This document shows, piece by piece, positions 61,935 through 64,000 of a DNA stretch of 64,000 bases (its first letter is position 1; every line of letters starts with the position of its first letter). The notes under the pieces are model-generated. The model ran no database searches and had not been told where the DNA came from. It saw only the letters and a program-made list of their open reading frames with translations. Position numbers and translations under genes: made by a program. Origin of the DNA: Candidatus Moraniibacteriota bacterium (GTDB taxonomy: Bacteria; Patescibacteriota; Minisyncoccia; Moranbacterales; UBA1568); the NCBI GenBank assembly GCA_963778555.1, contig CAVZUR010000004.1, positions 26,190 to 90,189 on the forward strand, in the 5' to 3' direction.

Positions 61935-63785
61935 TTATTCATCTTCACTCGAAATAATACGGACTGTCACACGCTCGGGATCATCCGGAATCGTTGCGAT
62001 GAATATCTTTGGTTTGAATTCAACCTGAAGGCGCTTGATTTCCGGATGAGACGAGAGGAAGTTCCGAATGCCATCTTCATTGAGTCCGAGGAGTTCCGAC
62101 TTCAATCCTGCTTCGTTCAGTGCAGAACGGAACAGCACCTTGCTTTCAACAGTCAGATCCACTCGTTTCGCCTCGAAATTCGAGAGCACGGCGCCGTAGT
62201 CGATCACATACTCAGCCGGTCGCAGCAGCACCCCGCCCGACTCTACCGTCTCCTTGTCAAGGATACCCCGGATGGCGGTTTCGGAGATGATAAACCCCTT
62301 CACTTGGAAACGTGCCTCATAATCGAACTGGGTCGCCGCCGTCCCGACCGCGGGCGCCACAGGCGTCCCGACGAGCGAGGTCTGAAAGGATGGTTCGAGC
62401 ACAGCTTCTCCTGCTTCCAATCCCTGTGCAAAGTCCGCCATGACCGATTTTTTCGCCTCGTCTTCAGCAGCAGTTTTGGCGCGCTCGATATCATTTGCAC
62501 TCACACTCGAAGGCTGATCCGAGTCTCCATCACTCCCCCCAGTCAAGGGTGTTTTCACTCTCGCTGTGATCTTTTCATATTTCGGACCGCCTTTGAAACC
62601 CGGTATCATGAAAGTTCCTGATCCGATATTGAAGCTGGTTCCCGCACTATCCGCAACGACGCGCGCATCAATCGTACCCGGTACAGATTTGCCATCGACT
62701 GTTTTTGTACCCGGTACGGTTAAACCCTCCACCAGCCGATAGAGCTTGCCATCAGAAGTCTCAAACCGAGTCGTCGCCACCAACGATTGTGCCGCATCAC
62801 TGTATTCGTTGAGAATCGTAATGAGACCGCTCGCCTTGGCCCGATTTCCAGAATCTTTTCCGGTTGCCTCCTGTGAAAATCGGATAGTCTTTTCTGCCTC
62901 GACATAGCGGGCGGGAACATTCACTGCCCCAGTCGCCGCGTCCGCCGTCCCAACAAGCGAGAGCTTGACGGACTGTACGGCTGTTTGCGGCTCGATGGAA
63001 ATGACGGCTTCCGGTCGCAGGAAAAAATAACCAGCAAGAACCGATGCCGCCAAAAGACTTGCGCCGACTCCCAACCACAGTCCTGGCCGGCCAACGGAAT
63101 GCGCTTCATTAACGCGTGCCGGCGCCGAAACTGCTACCGTTTGAGGTGCAGTCGCGGGAGCCATAGTCGGACGATTCGGCATACCTTTGCTCTCGAATAG
63201 TCGCCGAAGCTTCTCTTTGCGGGCATCAGGGACAGCAGTGGGTCTCTCGCTTTGCGCTACTGCACGAGATTGTTGGGTCGGGCGCTTGGAATTGAGCGCA
63301 GTCTGAACAATCGGTGACGCATTCCTCACCCGGAGCGGTAGCGGAGGAGTAGGTGGAGTAATTATCCCCTCTTGGGGAATCAGCGTCGTTTGTGCGGCAT
63401 AAAAGCTGGACGAGCCGATTTCATCGGAACGTCGGAGACCGACCGGCTCTTCTTTCTCAGGCATCGGTATAGATTCGCCGTGTTTGACGGTAAAGCGCGC
63501 TGCCATCTCCGGACGGTTCTCGCGGAGCACGGCGTCTTGATACTCCTGAACCCGCAGTCCCGACTTCTCTGCCAGACGCATACCCTGTTCGTCCTGACTC
63601 ATCACTATCACTTTCTTGCCGAGCTTGTCTGCCTCGCGACCCAAGAGCTTCAGATTGATGATGCTTTGGAGAATAAGTGCACGCTTTGGGAATACGAAAA
63701 TATTTTCCGCTTCGCTCGAACGCCGCAACCGGCCGACAGCGCTGATAATCTCTTCGTCTGATTCGATATAATGCGTCTCTGGCAT
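61935..63785 (-). CDS. Membrane protein with a baseplate-J-like extracellular region
   Basis: YIESDEEIIS...QSIINLKLL N-domain, linker, TM, then ASGLITILN, TRF, VVADSAG..FNI, TGGS. Confidence 0.75.
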   Translation of the reverse strand: MPETHYIESDEEIISAVGRLRRSSEAENIFVFPKRALILQSIINLKLLGREADKLGKKVIVMSQDEQGMRLAEKSGLRVQEYQDAVLRENRPEMAARFTVKHGESIPMPEKEEPVGLRRSDEIGSSSFYAAQTTLIPQEGIITPPTPPLPLRVRNASPIVQTALNSKRPTQQSRAVAQSERPTAVPDARKEKLRRLFESKGMPNRPTMAPATAPQTVAVSAPARVNEAHSVGRPGLWLGVGASLLAASVLAGYFFLRPEAVISIEPQTAVQSVKLSLVGTADAATGAVNVPARYVEAEKTIRFSQEATGKDSGNRAKASGLITILNEYSDAAQSLVATTRFETSDGKLYRLVEGLTVPGTKTVDGKSVPGTIDARVVADSAGTSFNIGSGTFMIPGFKGGPKYEKITARVKTPLTGGSDGDSDQPSSVSANDIERAKTAAEDEAKKSVMADFAQGLEAGEAVLEPSFQTSLVGTPVAPAVGTAATQFDYEARFQVKGFIISETAIRGILDKETVESGGVLLRPAEYVIDYGAVLSNFEAKRVDLTVESKVLFRSALNEAGLKSELLGLNEDGIRNFLSSHPEIKRLQVEFKPKIFIATIPDDPERVTVRIISSEDE

Positions 63786-63800
63786 ACGCCCGTCCGTTGG

Positions 63801-64000
63801 TTATTTTTTTTCGATTGATTCCATGCTTCGCTGGAGGATGCCGGTGAGTATCGGCTCCTCGTCCAGGGCATTGAGGAGTGCAAGGTGAGCGAGTCCCATG
63901 GGAGTGATGTCCTGAGGGTTATTCAGCTCGCCGGTCTCGTCGACGATACGCGCGATATCATGTGGCTGGAGATAGCTGATCTGCGGCGGTTTCGCGAAGG
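63801..64000 (-). CDS. C-terminus of a probable FtsA-like/actin-fold protein (partial)
   Basis: Hand translation FAKPPQISYLQP...IVDETGELNNPQDITPMGLA...*. The product is inferred from resemblance to the CPR gene usually found upstream of the baseplate-J-like gene. Confidence 0.55.
   Translation of the reverse strand, partial: FAKPPQISYLQPHDIARIVDETGELNNPQDITPMGLAHLALLNALDEEPILTGILQRSMESIEKK

Overview
This 64-kb window is chromosomal DNA from a small-genome bacterium. By inference it is a Patescibacteria/CPR (Parcubacteria, Moranbacteria-like) organism, based on short AlaS, short HrcA, degenerate PriA, an FtsA-like/baseplate-J-like gene pair and core genes without Shine-Dalgarno (SD) sites. 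It contains a ~15-kb surface-glycan locus (GT4/GT2/GT-C, O-antigen-ligase-like, LCP, UDP-sugar dehydrogenase), housekeeping genes (groES, fmt, def, priA, thpR, gltX, ftsEX, prfB with its programmed +1 frameshift, engB, yidD, corA, cysS, dnaB, recR, rplU, alaS), tRNA-Gln(CTG), tRNA-Thr(CGT), and a CIRCE-controlled hrcA-NUDIX::grpE-hsp20-dnaK operon. Many single-base frameshifts, including in essential genes, look like long-read consensus errors. The most notable observations are: (1) about ten accessory genes built as self-contained units with a sigma70 promoter, a boxA-like CTTTA(A/C/T)CAA motif, a strong SD and usually a terminator, in contrast to SD-less or leaderless core genes; (2) an exact 23-bp direct repeat with an ATTCG-N2-CGAAT core around an arsR/GNAT segment; (3) a second, synonymously diverged dnaK 3' tail fused to the downstream gene and followed by an AT-rich HEPN-motif gene; (4) a NUDIX-GrpE fusion. 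No CRISPR array, integrase or transposase was seen.
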